From: Promethearchaeia archaeon
GTDB taxonomy: Archaea; Asgardarchaeota; Lokiarchaeia; Sigyniarchaeales; SOKP01
Direction of reading: 5' to 3'
DNA length: 32,000 nt
NCBI GenBank assembly: GCA_046497275.1
Contig: JAWOFX010000148.1
Location: 1 to 32,000, forward strand
A program made the position numbers and the translations under genes. This document shows, piece by piece, positions 17,470 through 26,527 of the stretch. The first letter of the stretch is position 1, and the number at the start of each line of letters is the position of its first letter. The notes below the pieces were generated by a model, which did no database searches, was not told the origin of the DNA, and worked only from the letters and a program-made list of their open reading frames with translations.

Positions 17470-20043
17470 ATGTCTGTCGATGTTGAGAAAAAAAAAAGGT
17501 TTTTGAGTGAATTTCAAGACCGTGTAATCCAAGCACGGAGATTACTTCAATCAGGAAATCATCATTGGGCTTCTAAATTAATCTTAGATTTATATTTTGA
17601 TATTGAAACGAAAGAATGGCTTAATGCTCAAAAAAAGCATCAGCTTATTTTAGTTCTCTCAAATTCCTTTTGGATCTATATTAATTCTCTTAAAAAAAGC
17701 AATAAAGAAGATATAGATTTGATAAGATACATTGATGCTCATAAACGATTTTTTTCATTTCTTACAAAATTAGAAGATTTCCATCTCTTTGAAAAGTTTG
17801 CTACAAATTTGATTCATTCTTTCATTAAAATGGAAGATCTTTCTATTGAAGGAATAACACAATTCATTAATTCTTTCTCAATAAAAGTGATTGAGGAAAA
17901 AGATTATTTAAAATTAATCGAGCTTCAAATTTTATTAATGTTTTTAAGAAAATCAGTTATCCCTACGGATTATTTTCGAACTGCGATGGAATATCTCGGA
18001 AGAATAATCTACAAATTAGAACCAAGTAAAAGGGCACTCTTTCTCTATATAATTTTGGAAAATGTTAATATAAAGTTCAATTTAATTGAACATTCTGAAG
18101 AATTCATTAATATTATGAATAAAATCTTAGTAAATCGAATACCTAATTATCTAAGAGAATATTTTAGTAATTTAAGCAGAATTAAAATAAATAAAGGAAC
18201 TTTTAATTCAATTAAGAATGATCTTATAGATTTGATTCATTATTTGAATAATATTGGTGAGGCTTCATGGATTATTATTATTATACGGATATTATTTGAT
18301 AAGGTAAAAAAGTATGAGTCATTGGGTGACGCAATTACAGTAACACGAGAATTTGTAGAATATTCTATTGATCGAAACAATTTTCAGGTTGCTTTTGAAA
18401 TTTATAATTTTTTAGAAGATTTATTTTTAATGCAATCTGATTTAGGCTATGATAACGTTACTATTGAACTTTGGGCGGAAGCATGCAAACGATTCGTTAC
18501 TATGAAAGAAAAAAAATATTTATTACAATCGATAGAAAAGCTAACTAATCATTTAAGCACTCCTCAAAAACCGCCTCAAATTTTCCATTATTTTTATACT
18601 TGCAACTATCTCTGGAAATTTAAAAGCATGTTTTTTTCATTAGAGAGACGAGATTTTTGGAACATGATCTTCTACCGCGCTTTATATGATCAAGATGATT
18701 TGGAACTAGCTAAAAAGATAATCCCATATTTAGGAAAGCGAATACGACCTCTTTTAGAGAACTTAGAAGAATTACATAAGCAAACTAAGGAATTAAAAAA
18801 TGAGATCTATTTTTTAGAAGACAAAAAGGAACATTCTTTTTATCAACAAGAATTTGAGATTAAAAATATCATTATTAGAATAAAATCCTCGGGGGAAATG
18901 TCTTATCGAATTCTCTCATTAGCAAATGAAATAATTGAGGGAAAAATAAAAAATGAATATTGGAACGATTTACACGTTCTTGATATTTACAATGATTTAT
19001 TTTCAGATAAAAAAGAAAAAGAATTTAATTTTAACCTTCAAGAATTCGGTACTATTCTCTTTCTTTTATTACCAAAATTGATTCGAGATTTTTTTACGCA
19101 ATTTCAAATTAAAAGTTTGGATTACATACCTCAAATATACTTTATCCTGAATCATATGTCAATTCCATTTGAATTAATCTATGATAGTAATTTTTTCTTG
19201 TTAAAATATTCGAGTGGTTATAATATTGGTGAACCATCAATAGAAGGTTATAAATTTTCTCCAGATAAATATGAATCTTCGATCGAAAATGCTTCTGATG
19301 GATCTTATAAAGTGTTAATAATTGATTCAATTAATGCGTTAGGACCTAAAATTTGGAATGAAGAAAAAAAATCAAAAGAGATTTTGTTTCCATTTCCATC
19401 GGGAGCAAATGAACTTAATTTTATAACCCAATTTCTTAATGAGAGAAGTGAGGTTGAAAGTATGGAGATTCTTACTGGTAGAGAAAGTACACGTGAATCT
19501 ATTCTTAATAAAATCGGTTCTGGTACTCATCATTTAATTTATATCGTAGGAAATATTTTCTTTTCTGAATTAAATCCACAAAATTCCTATTTCATTACCA
19601 ACGATGATAATATTGTTAAATTTACAGAGATTTTTGATATGTTAAAGAAAAATAACAGAATTAAACCACTTCTATTTTTTAACACACAACTTTTTGATAA
19701 TGAAGGGAATCATCTAAAAGAAGAATTAACAAGTTTTGGTGAGATTATTTCCCAATTTAGATTTAATGATATAAATGGAATTATGAGTAGAAATTATCCT
19801 ATTTTTAATGACGAAACAAAACAAATAATAACAAATTTTTTCTCCAATTTGTTTGAAAACAAGAGCTTAGGTATATCCCTTTTAGATGCCAGACAAAAAG
19901 TCATAGCTGAAAGGACCACGAAACTAATCCAAGAGCAAATTTCAAAATTTGATAAAATTGAAAAAGATCAACATATCAATATTGAAAATAGTCAAGCGAT
20001 TTCTAGTTTTCTACTTTTTGGGGAGCCTTGGAAGAAATTATAA
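17470..20043 (+). CDS. Alpha-helical solenoid plus C-terminal CHAT (caspase-like) domain lacking catalytic His/Cys
   Basis: CHAT blocks: LLLPK...IPFELIY, ELNFI...LTGRESTRE, LIYIVGN (for IHFAGH), LLFFNTQ (for LVFLNAC), SLGISLLDARQ, FLLFGEP. Confidence 0.75.
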   Translation: MSVDVEKKKRFLSEFQDRVIQARRLLQSGNHHWASKLILDLYFDIETKEWLNAQKKHQLILVLSNSFWIYINSLKKSNKEDIDLIRYIDAHKRFFSFLTKLEDFHLFEKFATNLIHSFIKMEDLSIEGITQFINSFSIKVIEEKDYLKLIELQILLMFLRKSVIPTDYFRTAMEYLGRIIYKLEPSKRALFLYIILENVNIKFNLIEHSEEFINIMNKILVNRIPNYLREYFSNLSRIKINKGTFNSIKNDLIDLIHYLNNIGEASWIIIIIRILFDKVKKYESLGDAITVTREFVEYSIDRNNFQVAFEIYNFLEDLFLMQSDLGYDNVTIELWAEACKRFVTMKEKKYLLQSIEKLTNHLSTPQKPPQIFHYFYTCNYLWKFKSMFFSLERRDFWNMIFYRALYDQDDLELAKKIIPYLGKRIRPLLENLEELHKQTKELKNEIYFLEDKKEHSFYQQEFEIKNIIIRIKSSGEMSYRILSLANEIIEGKIKNEYWNDLHVLDIYNDLFSDKKEKEFNFNLQEFGTILFLLLPKLIRDFFTQFQIKSLDYIPQIYFILNHMSIPFELIYDSNFFLLKYSSGYNIGEPSIEGYKFSPDKYESSIENASDGSYKVLIIDSINALGPKIWNEEKKSKEILFPFPSGANELNFITQFLNERSEVESMEILTGRESTRESILNKIGSGTHHLIYIVGNIFFSELNPQNSYFITNDDNIVKFTEIFDMLKKNNRIKPLLFFNTQLFDNEGNHLKEELTSFGEIISQFRFNDINGIMSRNYPIFNDETKQIITNFFSNLFENKSLGISLLDARQKVIAERTTKLIQEQISKFDKIEKDQHINIENSQAISSFLLFGEPWKKL

Positions 20044-20135
20044 GAAATATGAAATATTAAATAGAAATATAATTACTAAATTTATATCTAAAGTATTAAT
20101 AGAATTCATATATAATACATTAAAAGTGGTTTAAA

Positions 20136-20672
20136 TTGTCAGATGATAGGTTAATAGAATTAAGAGTAGAAAATCGAAGATTAAAACAAGAAGTTGAAAA
20201 TTTGGAAAACAAGATATTAACTTTAGTTGGTAATGTCGAAATAGGGATTTCAGGTGGTCCAAACAATAATAATTTGATTAATGATGAAATTATCAATCTA
20301 ATAGGGTCCACAAATCATCAACTTAATATTTTGTCACCAAAAATCGATAGATTTTATACTAATGAACTTATGAATCTTGCAAACAAAGGTCTTGAAATTA
20401 GAGTGGTAACGCTTGAAAGAAGTAATATACCTAGTGAATTTTTAGAATATTATGATGAGTTAAAAAATGAGCGGAACATTAAAGTTATTAACAACCCTAA
20501 TGTCGCTAGTCTATTACTATTTAATGAAAAGGAAGCTATCTTTACACAGGGTTCATTAGATAAAAAAGAGTTACAGGAGTCAATGTTAATTGAAACCAAA
20601 GTTAAATCCATGACCACTTTGGAAACAATTAGAGAATATTATAATTTATTTCTTCCGTCTTTTATGAGATAA
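20136..20672 (+). CDS. Short coiled coil plus PLD-like domain without HKD
   Basis: TTG start; LRVENRRLKQEVENLENKI heptads; EIINLIGSTNHQLNILSP...LANKGLEIRVVT...NNPNVASLLLFNEKEAIFTQGSL follows the PLD-fold pattern. Confidence 0.65.
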   Translation: MSDDRLIELRVENRRLKQEVENLENKILTLVGNVEIGISGGPNNNNLINDEIINLIGSTNHQLNILSPKIDRFYTNELMNLANKGLEIRVVTLERSNIPSEFLEYYDELKNERNIKVINNPNVASLLLFNEKEAIFTQGSLDKKELQESMLIETKVKSMTTLETIREYYNLFLPSFMR

Positions 20673-20812
20673 ATTACTAATTCTCGCTAAATTTTTAAAT
20701 TATTTATCAATAAATCGTAGATTTTGATAATCTTCTTTTTTCTTAATAATTATTTTAAAAATTAAAGGGATATTTAAATATAATTAAAAAAGATTAGTTG
20801 GATATTTAAGAA

Positions 20813-23023
20813 ATGTCTGAGAAGAAAGTAATCACCGCAAATAGCATAGTGGAATTATTTGGAAAAGGAACCAAGCTTTATGTAAAAATCTCAGAAAATA
20901 TTCATAATCAAATAGAAAATAATAAAAAATTATTTCATAAGAAACTTGGAATCTGGAAAAAAATATTTCACCCAATTTATGAAACAAAATCTGATAAAGA
21001 GTTATTTTTAGACCATTTAATTTACTCAAACATATTATATGTGATTCTTCTCATTAGAATATCGAAAAAAAATCATATTCAATTTAAAAAAATCTATAAT
21101 CAATATAAAACAAAAGATTTTGAGATAATATCTGATCAAATAATAGATTTATTCAAATGGATAAAAATTCAAGAGAATATTTTTAAAGAAATATATGATA
21201 TAATTGTTGATACTCATTTAGGGTCGGAAGATTTGTTTCACTCACTTTATCAACAGATTTTTCAATCTTCTATCAGGCATCTCGCTGGTGAGTTTTACAC
21301 TCCTTCAAAATTAGTTGAAAAAATGGTGAGCGATACCTATAAATTTGGGAAAAAAGTGTTAGATCCATCGTGTGGTTCAGGTAATTTTCTTATGGAGATT
21401 ATTTCAAGAATAATCAAATCAGAGAAACCAATTAATTCTAAATATGAAGCACTAAACAATCTTTTTGGGTTCGACATTAATCCATTAGCAATTTACACAT
21501 TAAAGATAAATGTAATTTTGATTCTTCATGAAAATTTCTCGGACATTAATCTTAATAAATTTGATTTGAATTTTTATGTGCTTGATTCTCTCTTCCCAGA
21601 AAATTCTCGAAAAGATCCTAATCTCAGATTAAAAAATATTTACAATTCATTTGATTTAATTATCGGAAACCCTCCTTGGTTAACATATAAGGATATCTAT
21701 GATAAAGCATATCAGAAGAATATAAGAAAATTGGCCGATACTCTTAATATTAAACCCAAAAGTCAATATATTACCCATATTGAATTAGCCACAATTTTTT
21801 TTTATGCTATTCCAAAAAAATTTTCAAAAATTAATGGCATTATCTTTTTTGTGATCACTAAAAGTGTTATAAATGGAGATCATTGCAGGAAGTTCAGATC
21901 ATTTAAATTTTTCAATAATCTTGAAATATGGGATTTTCCCGATGATTATAACTTCAATGTGAATCATGTTTGCATAAAAGCTAAATATATAGGAGAGAAA
22001 AAGGAACCTATTCAAGAAAAATATCCGATTTTAACCAAAATTTTTGATGCTGCATTAAATCTTAAGGAAGAGTTGCTATATTCATCCCTAAAATTAGAAG
22101 AAGATGGTGCATTACTACTATTACCTCAAAAAGATTTAGATCATTTATCAAATTTTAAATATAGTAGATATAAAGATAAATTTTATCAAGGTGCGACACT
22201 GGTTCCTAGACCATTAATATTTTTCCAAGTCACTGAAAAAAAAGATAATATTCTTATCATTTCTTCGAGTAAAGATATTCTTTCACGGTCAAAAAATAAG
22301 TGGAGATTTGAATTTAAAAATAAGAAAATTGAAGAAAATTTTAGATATAAAACATTTCTTAACAAAGATCTAGTACCTTTTTTCTTGAAAAGAGAGCGAG
22401 ATGTATTTCTACCCATTGATCTAACTGATTTTGATTTTAAAATTAATTATTTACAAAAATTTCCACAAGCTTTCACATTTTATAAGGAAATGAATGAGAT
22501 TTATAAATCTCGCAAAAAAGCCACAAGTGATATAAACACTTTATTTTCTAATTTGAATTATTGGAATAAATTAACCAAGCAAAAAAAAACAGAGCCATAT
22601 CTGGTAATATATAATGCCAGTGGCTCCTATTTGAAATCAGCTGTGATCGAGCAATTTGAAAAAAAAATTATTGTTGGTTCTGAAAATTATTATTATGCCA
22701 CTGACCAAAAAAATGAAGCTTATTATCTTACCGCTATTTTAAACAGTCCTATCTTAACTAAGTATATCAAAATGATTAAGAGCTCACGGCATATTCATAA
22801 ACGCCCATTCTCTTTTCCAATTCCAATTTATGATAATAAAAATGAATCGCATTATAAGCTTGCTCATAAAGGAAAAAAATATACTTCTTATGCCCACGAT
22901 ATTGTCTATAATAATCCAAAAATTACTCCGCGAAAAATAAGAATGATTTTAAATCAGAATTTAAAAAAATTAGATCCTATAGCCAGAAATGTGCTTTTTA
23001 ATCAGAAAATTCATAAAGAATAA
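20813..23023 (+). CDS. N6-adenine DNA methyltransferase with target-recognition domain (type IIG-like, nuclease domain apparently absent)
   Basis: GEFYTP, VLDPSCGSGNF (motif I), GFDINP, DLIIGNPPW (motif IV); about 350-aa C-terminal TRD-like region. Confidence 0.88.
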   Translation: MSEKKVITANSIVELFGKGTKLYVKISENIHNQIENNKKLFHKKLGIWKKIFHPIYETKSDKELFLDHLIYSNILYVILLIRISKKNHIQFKKIYNQYKTKDFEIISDQIIDLFKWIKIQENIFKEIYDIIVDTHLGSEDLFHSLYQQIFQSSIRHLAGEFYTPSKLVEKMVSDTYKFGKKVLDPSCGSGNFLMEIISRIIKSEKPINSKYEALNNLFGFDINPLAIYTLKINVILILHENFSDINLNKFDLNFYVLDSLFPENSRKDPNLRLKNIYNSFDLIIGNPPWLTYKDIYDKAYQKNIRKLADTLNIKPKSQYITHIELATIFFYAIPKKFSKINGIIFFVITKSVINGDHCRKFRSFKFFNNLEIWDFPDDYNFNVNHVCIKAKYIGEKKEPIQEKYPILTKIFDAALNLKEELLYSSLKLEEDGALLLLPQKDLDHLSNFKYSRYKDKFYQGATLVPRPLIFFQVTEKKDNILIISSSKDILSRSKNKWRFEFKNKKIEENFRYKTFLNKDLVPFFLKRERDVFLPIDLTDFDFKINYLQKFPQAFTFYKEMNEIYKSRKKATSDINTLFSNLNYWNKLTKQKKTEPYLVIYNASGSYLKSAVIEQFEKKIIVGSENYYYATDQKNEAYYLTAILNSPILTKYIKMIKSSRHIHKRPFSFPIPIYDNKNESHYKLAHKGKKYTSYAHDIVYNNPKITPRKIRMILNQNLKKLDPIARNVLFNQKIHKE

Positions 23024-23034
23024 AAAATTAAAAT

Positions 23035-24885
23035 TTAAATTGCCAATTCTTCAATTTTCTCTTTAGTTGGGCATCCTGTCTCCCAATCCCATCCAGCATA
23101 TTTGTAGAATTTCTTAAGATTATTTTCAAGATCTAATTTCACATTCATAGTCCCTCCGCTATGGAGTACTTTAGTAACTATATTGGGCAATTTATCATCT
23201 TCTCTAGTAATTCCAAGTTTACAATTAATTATTCGTTTTAATTGATTTCCTCTCTCTCCTGCTTCTAAAGCACCTTTTTTTTTACCTAATTCCTTAAATC
23301 CTGTGGATGCTCCTAATAATCTCGCAAGCTGAGCTTGTTGAATGTGAGAAAAATTACAAATTACACTTGAATCATATAAATTCGTCAAATTCCAATATAA
23401 TACTAATCCTTTTTCCTTTCCATCGGGATTAAACCTTTCACCTGTCTTAACTCGTGGGATTGCTGCAGTGTCTCCCTCTATATTAAAAATATCGGGTTTT
23501 TCATGACTTGCCCCTATATTGCATATTTCATAAGCTAGTGCCTGTATTGCATAAGCTCGAGGATCATGCATGGGTATTTCTAAGCCTTTAACATGAGCTG
23601 CAAGTCCAGGATCTACATCTAATTCTTCAGCTATACGTTTTACACCTTCAGCGAGTAGATCTCCAATTGCTTCTCTATTAACAATTTGGGGAAGCAATTT
23701 AACCATTATCTCAGCATTTCCAAATTTAAGATCGTCATAATTCATGTCTTTTAATAAATTTGTTATTTTATCCTCAGCAAGTCCTTCTTCACCTAAATAA
23801 AAGAGAAAAGCAATACTTACACCCGCAGAAATGGTATCTATCCCTTCCAAATTGCATAAATGATTACATTTGAGTATTGGATCCCATTCTAAAACATCAC
23901 ATAGAGGACCAAATGCGGCTGCTGTTTCGTATTCTGGACCATGGATTTTCAATTCTTCCCCATTCTCTTCCATTATTGTTAATCTTCCGCACGCAACGCT
24001 GCATCCAGCACAATTATAATTTAAGACGGGATAATTCTCTTTTAATGCTCTGCCCGTAAGATATTCTGCTTTAAAATCAGTAGAGGTAAAATATCTATGA
24101 GGAACATCTCCTAAAACCATTCCCATATCCATATAACATAGAGTACCGTAGTGATTGAAGAAATTAAGACCAAAACTCTGCTCCATCACTGTTCTAATTG
24201 GCCTAACTGTATCTCGCATTTTCTCCAAATCAGCATATTCGATCTTGTTAAATCCTTTTACAGCAATAGCTTTAAGTTTTTTACTTCCCATAATGGCACC
24301 CAATCCGCAGCGTCCAGCGGCTCTTCCCTCATCATTTATTATACACGCATATCTGACCTGATTTTCTCCAGCTTTTCCAATACAATTAATCCGAAATTTA
24401 TCATCTCCCAAAAGTTCATGTATTATTTTAGTAGTTAAATGTGTATTTTTACCCCATAATTCACTTGCATCTTCAATCTCAATATCACCCTCTTTTATTA
24501 TAATCATTTTAGGGTTATCTGTTTTACCTGTAAGAACGATTGCATCATAACCACTTTTTCTGAGCGCTACTGGAAAATATCCTCCGGATGTAGATTCACC
24601 CCAAATTCCTGTTAATGGTGAAATAGCTGTAGCGCAATATCTACTACTTGATGGGACAATTGAGGCTGTTAACGGCCCAGTTGAAAATATCAATGGGTTC
24701 ATTTCATTATAGGGGTCTTCCTTTAATTTTTTGAAATCTTCCTCATTAAGCAAATCGTAAGTGAGTTTTGCTGATAAACTGGCCCCTCCGATGTATTTTT
24801 TTGCTAAATTATCATCTAATTCTTCAACTCTAATATTATCATTCGATAAATTAATATACGCAATTTTTCCATTATATCCAAACAT
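23035..24885 (-). CDS. aor: Tungsten-containing aldehyde:ferredoxin oxidoreductase family protein
   Basis: NPLIFSTGPLT, SPLTGIWGES, GRAAGRCGLGAIMGSKKLKAI, NCAGCSVACG (4Fe-4S), GPEYET, GIDTIS, HVKGLE. ATG 24885 has an SD upstream. Confidence 0.93.
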   Translation of the reverse strand: MFGYNGKIAYINLSNDNIRVEELDDNLAKKYIGGASLSAKLTYDLLNEEDFKKLKEDPYNEMNPLIFSTGPLTASIVPSSSRYCATAISPLTGIWGESTSGGYFPVALRKSGYDAIVLTGKTDNPKMIIIKEGDIEIEDASELWGKNTHLTTKIIHELLGDDKFRINCIGKAGENQVRYACIINDEGRAAGRCGLGAIMGSKKLKAIAVKGFNKIEYADLEKMRDTVRPIRTVMEQSFGLNFFNHYGTLCYMDMGMVLGDVPHRYFTSTDFKAEYLTGRALKENYPVLNYNCAGCSVACGRLTIMEENGEELKIHGPEYETAAAFGPLCDVLEWDPILKCNHLCNLEGIDTISAGVSIAFLFYLGEEGLAEDKITNLLKDMNYDDLKFGNAEIMVKLLPQIVNREAIGDLLAEGVKRIAEELDVDPGLAAHVKGLEIPMHDPRAYAIQALAYEICNIGASHEKPDIFNIEGDTAAIPRVKTGERFNPDGKEKGLVLYWNLTNLYDSSVICNFSHIQQAQLARLLGASTGFKELGKKKGALEAGERGNQLKRIINCKLGITREDDKLPNIVTKVLHSGGTMNVKLDLENNLKKFYKYAGWDWETGCPTKEKIEELAI

Positions 24886-24890
24886 TTTTT

Positions 24891-24896
24891 CCACCT
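24891..24896 (-). promoter_or_regulatory. Shine-Dalgarno of aor
   Basis: The minus strand reads TAAAAGGTGGAAAAAATG: adh stop, AGGTGG, 5-nt spacer, ATG. Confidence 0.65.
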
Positions 24897-24897
24897 T

Positions 24898-26304
24898 TTA
24901 CATTTTAGATAATTTAATTAAATCTTCAATATCATTATCCCACGCAATTTCGTAGACTCGGCGAATATTTTCAAGTGTGAAAGGTCTACTTGAATATAAA
25001 GCACAAGTGTCGCTCCATGCTTGATGAGACAAGGTTCCCAGTTTTTTTTCATATTCAGCTTTATCAATTTTGGGTGTTTTTAATTCCGATACAGATTTAG
25101 GAGCACCCACCATATCCATAAATTTCTTAAGATTTGATAGGAAATTTCTTAACACATCCTCTCTGGACATATGAGCAATTTCATTTATGACTTCATATCG
25201 AGGTTTATCACTTAATACAATGGCATATATCTCCGCAAGTTTGATAAATCTGTCAGTAACTTTTGCTTGATATGCCACAGACGGTGCTAGAAAAATACCT
25301 ACAGTAATACCATGATGGACATGATACGTTGCTCCAAATGAATGACCTAAAGCGTGTTCAATCCCAGCAGCACTGGTATTTATGAATCCTATACCCGCAA
25401 GATAAGCAGCTAATTGCATTTTTTCTCGAGCCTCCATATCATTTCCACGTTTCACTGCTCTGGGTAAATATTTTAAAATTAATTCAATTCCCGCTATATT
25501 CATTGCATCTGTAAATGGTGAACTTCCGATTAAAACATATGCACCAGTAGCATGCGCTAAAGCGTCCATTCCTGTTCCCATTGTAAGCCATGTGGGCATT
25601 GTTTTTACAAAATCGGGATGTAAGACCACAAAATCTGGGCAAAATTCATAAAGAGCAACGGCAACTTTTACAGGCGGTTTCCTTGTATCATCATAAATCA
25701 TCGCATTGAAAGAACCTTCTGCTCCTGTACCACTCGTAGTAGGGATTGCAGCTAGAATATAAACCTTTTTTCTGAGTCCTAAATAACTAGGAGGCATCAT
25801 TTGATTCACATTGATTTCAGGTTTTTCATAATAAAGGAGAATAAGTTTAGACATATCAATGGCCGAGCCTCCACCAATAGCTATAAACACTTTAGGATCA
25901 AATTCTTTACAAATGTCAATAGCTTTATTGATTTTTGTTTTGGGCACTTCTGGAAGAACCTCATCGAAGATACGGCTTTCTATATCTCGTTTTTCTTTAA
26001 GAAATGCCGCAACCTGTTCTCCAAATTTTCTTAAATCTTTATCTACGATAATAAGAACTCTTTTCTCATCTTCATCTAAAAAAGCACCTAAATGTATTGT
26101 AAAATCTGTTAAACTATTTGTTCCGGTGAAAACTGTCTTAGGAGTGGTAATTGGTAAATGATACCCCTTCATAGCGTTGGAGGCACTCTTTACATAAAGA
26201 TTGCGCAGATTTGGATCTTCATACCAAGTGAGTTCTCTTCTTGATTTTGATGATTTTTTTACTGGCTCTGATTTAGATTCTTGATCAGATTTACTTTTAG
26301 ACAT
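24898..26304 (-). CDS. adh: Iron-containing (family III) alcohol dehydrogenase
   Basis: GGGSAIDMSK, IPTTSGTGAEG, GMDALAHA, GIEHALGHSFG...HVHHG (Fe ligands). Confidence 0.92.
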   Translation of the reverse strand: MSKSKSDQESKSEPVKKSSKSRRELTWYEDPNLRNLYVKSASNAMKGYHLPITTPKTVFTGTNSLTDFTIHLGAFLDEDEKRVLIIVDKDLRKFGEQVAAFLKEKRDIESRIFDEVLPEVPKTKINKAIDICKEFDPKVFIAIGGGSAIDMSKLILLYYEKPEINVNQMMPPSYLGLRKKVYILAAIPTTSGTGAEGSFNAMIYDDTRKPPVKVAVALYEFCPDFVVLHPDFVKTMPTWLTMGTGMDALAHATGAYVLIGSSPFTDAMNIAGIELILKYLPRAVKRGNDMEAREKMQLAAYLAGIGFINTSAAGIEHALGHSFGATYHVHHGITVGIFLAPSVAYQAKVTDRFIKLAEIYAIVLSDKPRYEVINEIAHMSREDVLRNFLSNLKKFMDMVGAPKSVSELKTPKIDKAEYEKKLGTLSHQAWSDTCALYSSRPFTLENIRRVYEIAWDNDIEDLIKLSKM

Positions 26305-26490
26305 TTTACTAACACTTTTTTAACAAATTTATTTTAGAAATAAATTAAAGCTTTTACTTAATATTATTATTAGAGAGAAACCTATTTAATTGTAATATCT
26401 CAAATTGGAAGTATTAATTGCTATAATTTAAAAAATGTTTTTTATGGTTTTGGTTTTATTTTAGACTCTATCCCTTTAATAGAAGTAGAA

Positions 26491-26505
26491 GAAAAGGTTT
26501 ATTAT
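26491..26505 (+). promoter_or_regulatory. BRE plus TATA of the 7-TM protein gene (probably leaderless mRNA)
   Basis: GAAAAGG-TTTATTAT with the TATA centre about 26 nt before ATG 26528. Confidence 0.5.
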
Positions 26506-26527
26506 AAGGTATTATTACTATTTTAAT

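Noticed and set aside
17488-17497. A10 tract at the start of the pseudo-CHAT gene (and T10 at 4161-4170) as phase-variation sites
   Set aside because: 9-10 nt homopolymers occur repeatedly in this AT-rich window (also 22581-22589 and 23275-23283) with frames intact; no evidence of slippage.
17470-20043. Direct orthology of the pseudo-CHAT protein to Raptor (a proto-TORC1 with roadblock and GTPase)
   Set aside because: Domain order is reversed relative to Raptor, there is no WD40 domain, and the window's GTPase is MglA-like rather than Rag-like; kept only as an analogy.
20813-23023. Methyltransferase as part of a mobile or defence island
   Set aside because: No integrase, transposase, att repeats, tRNA target or other defence genes flank it.
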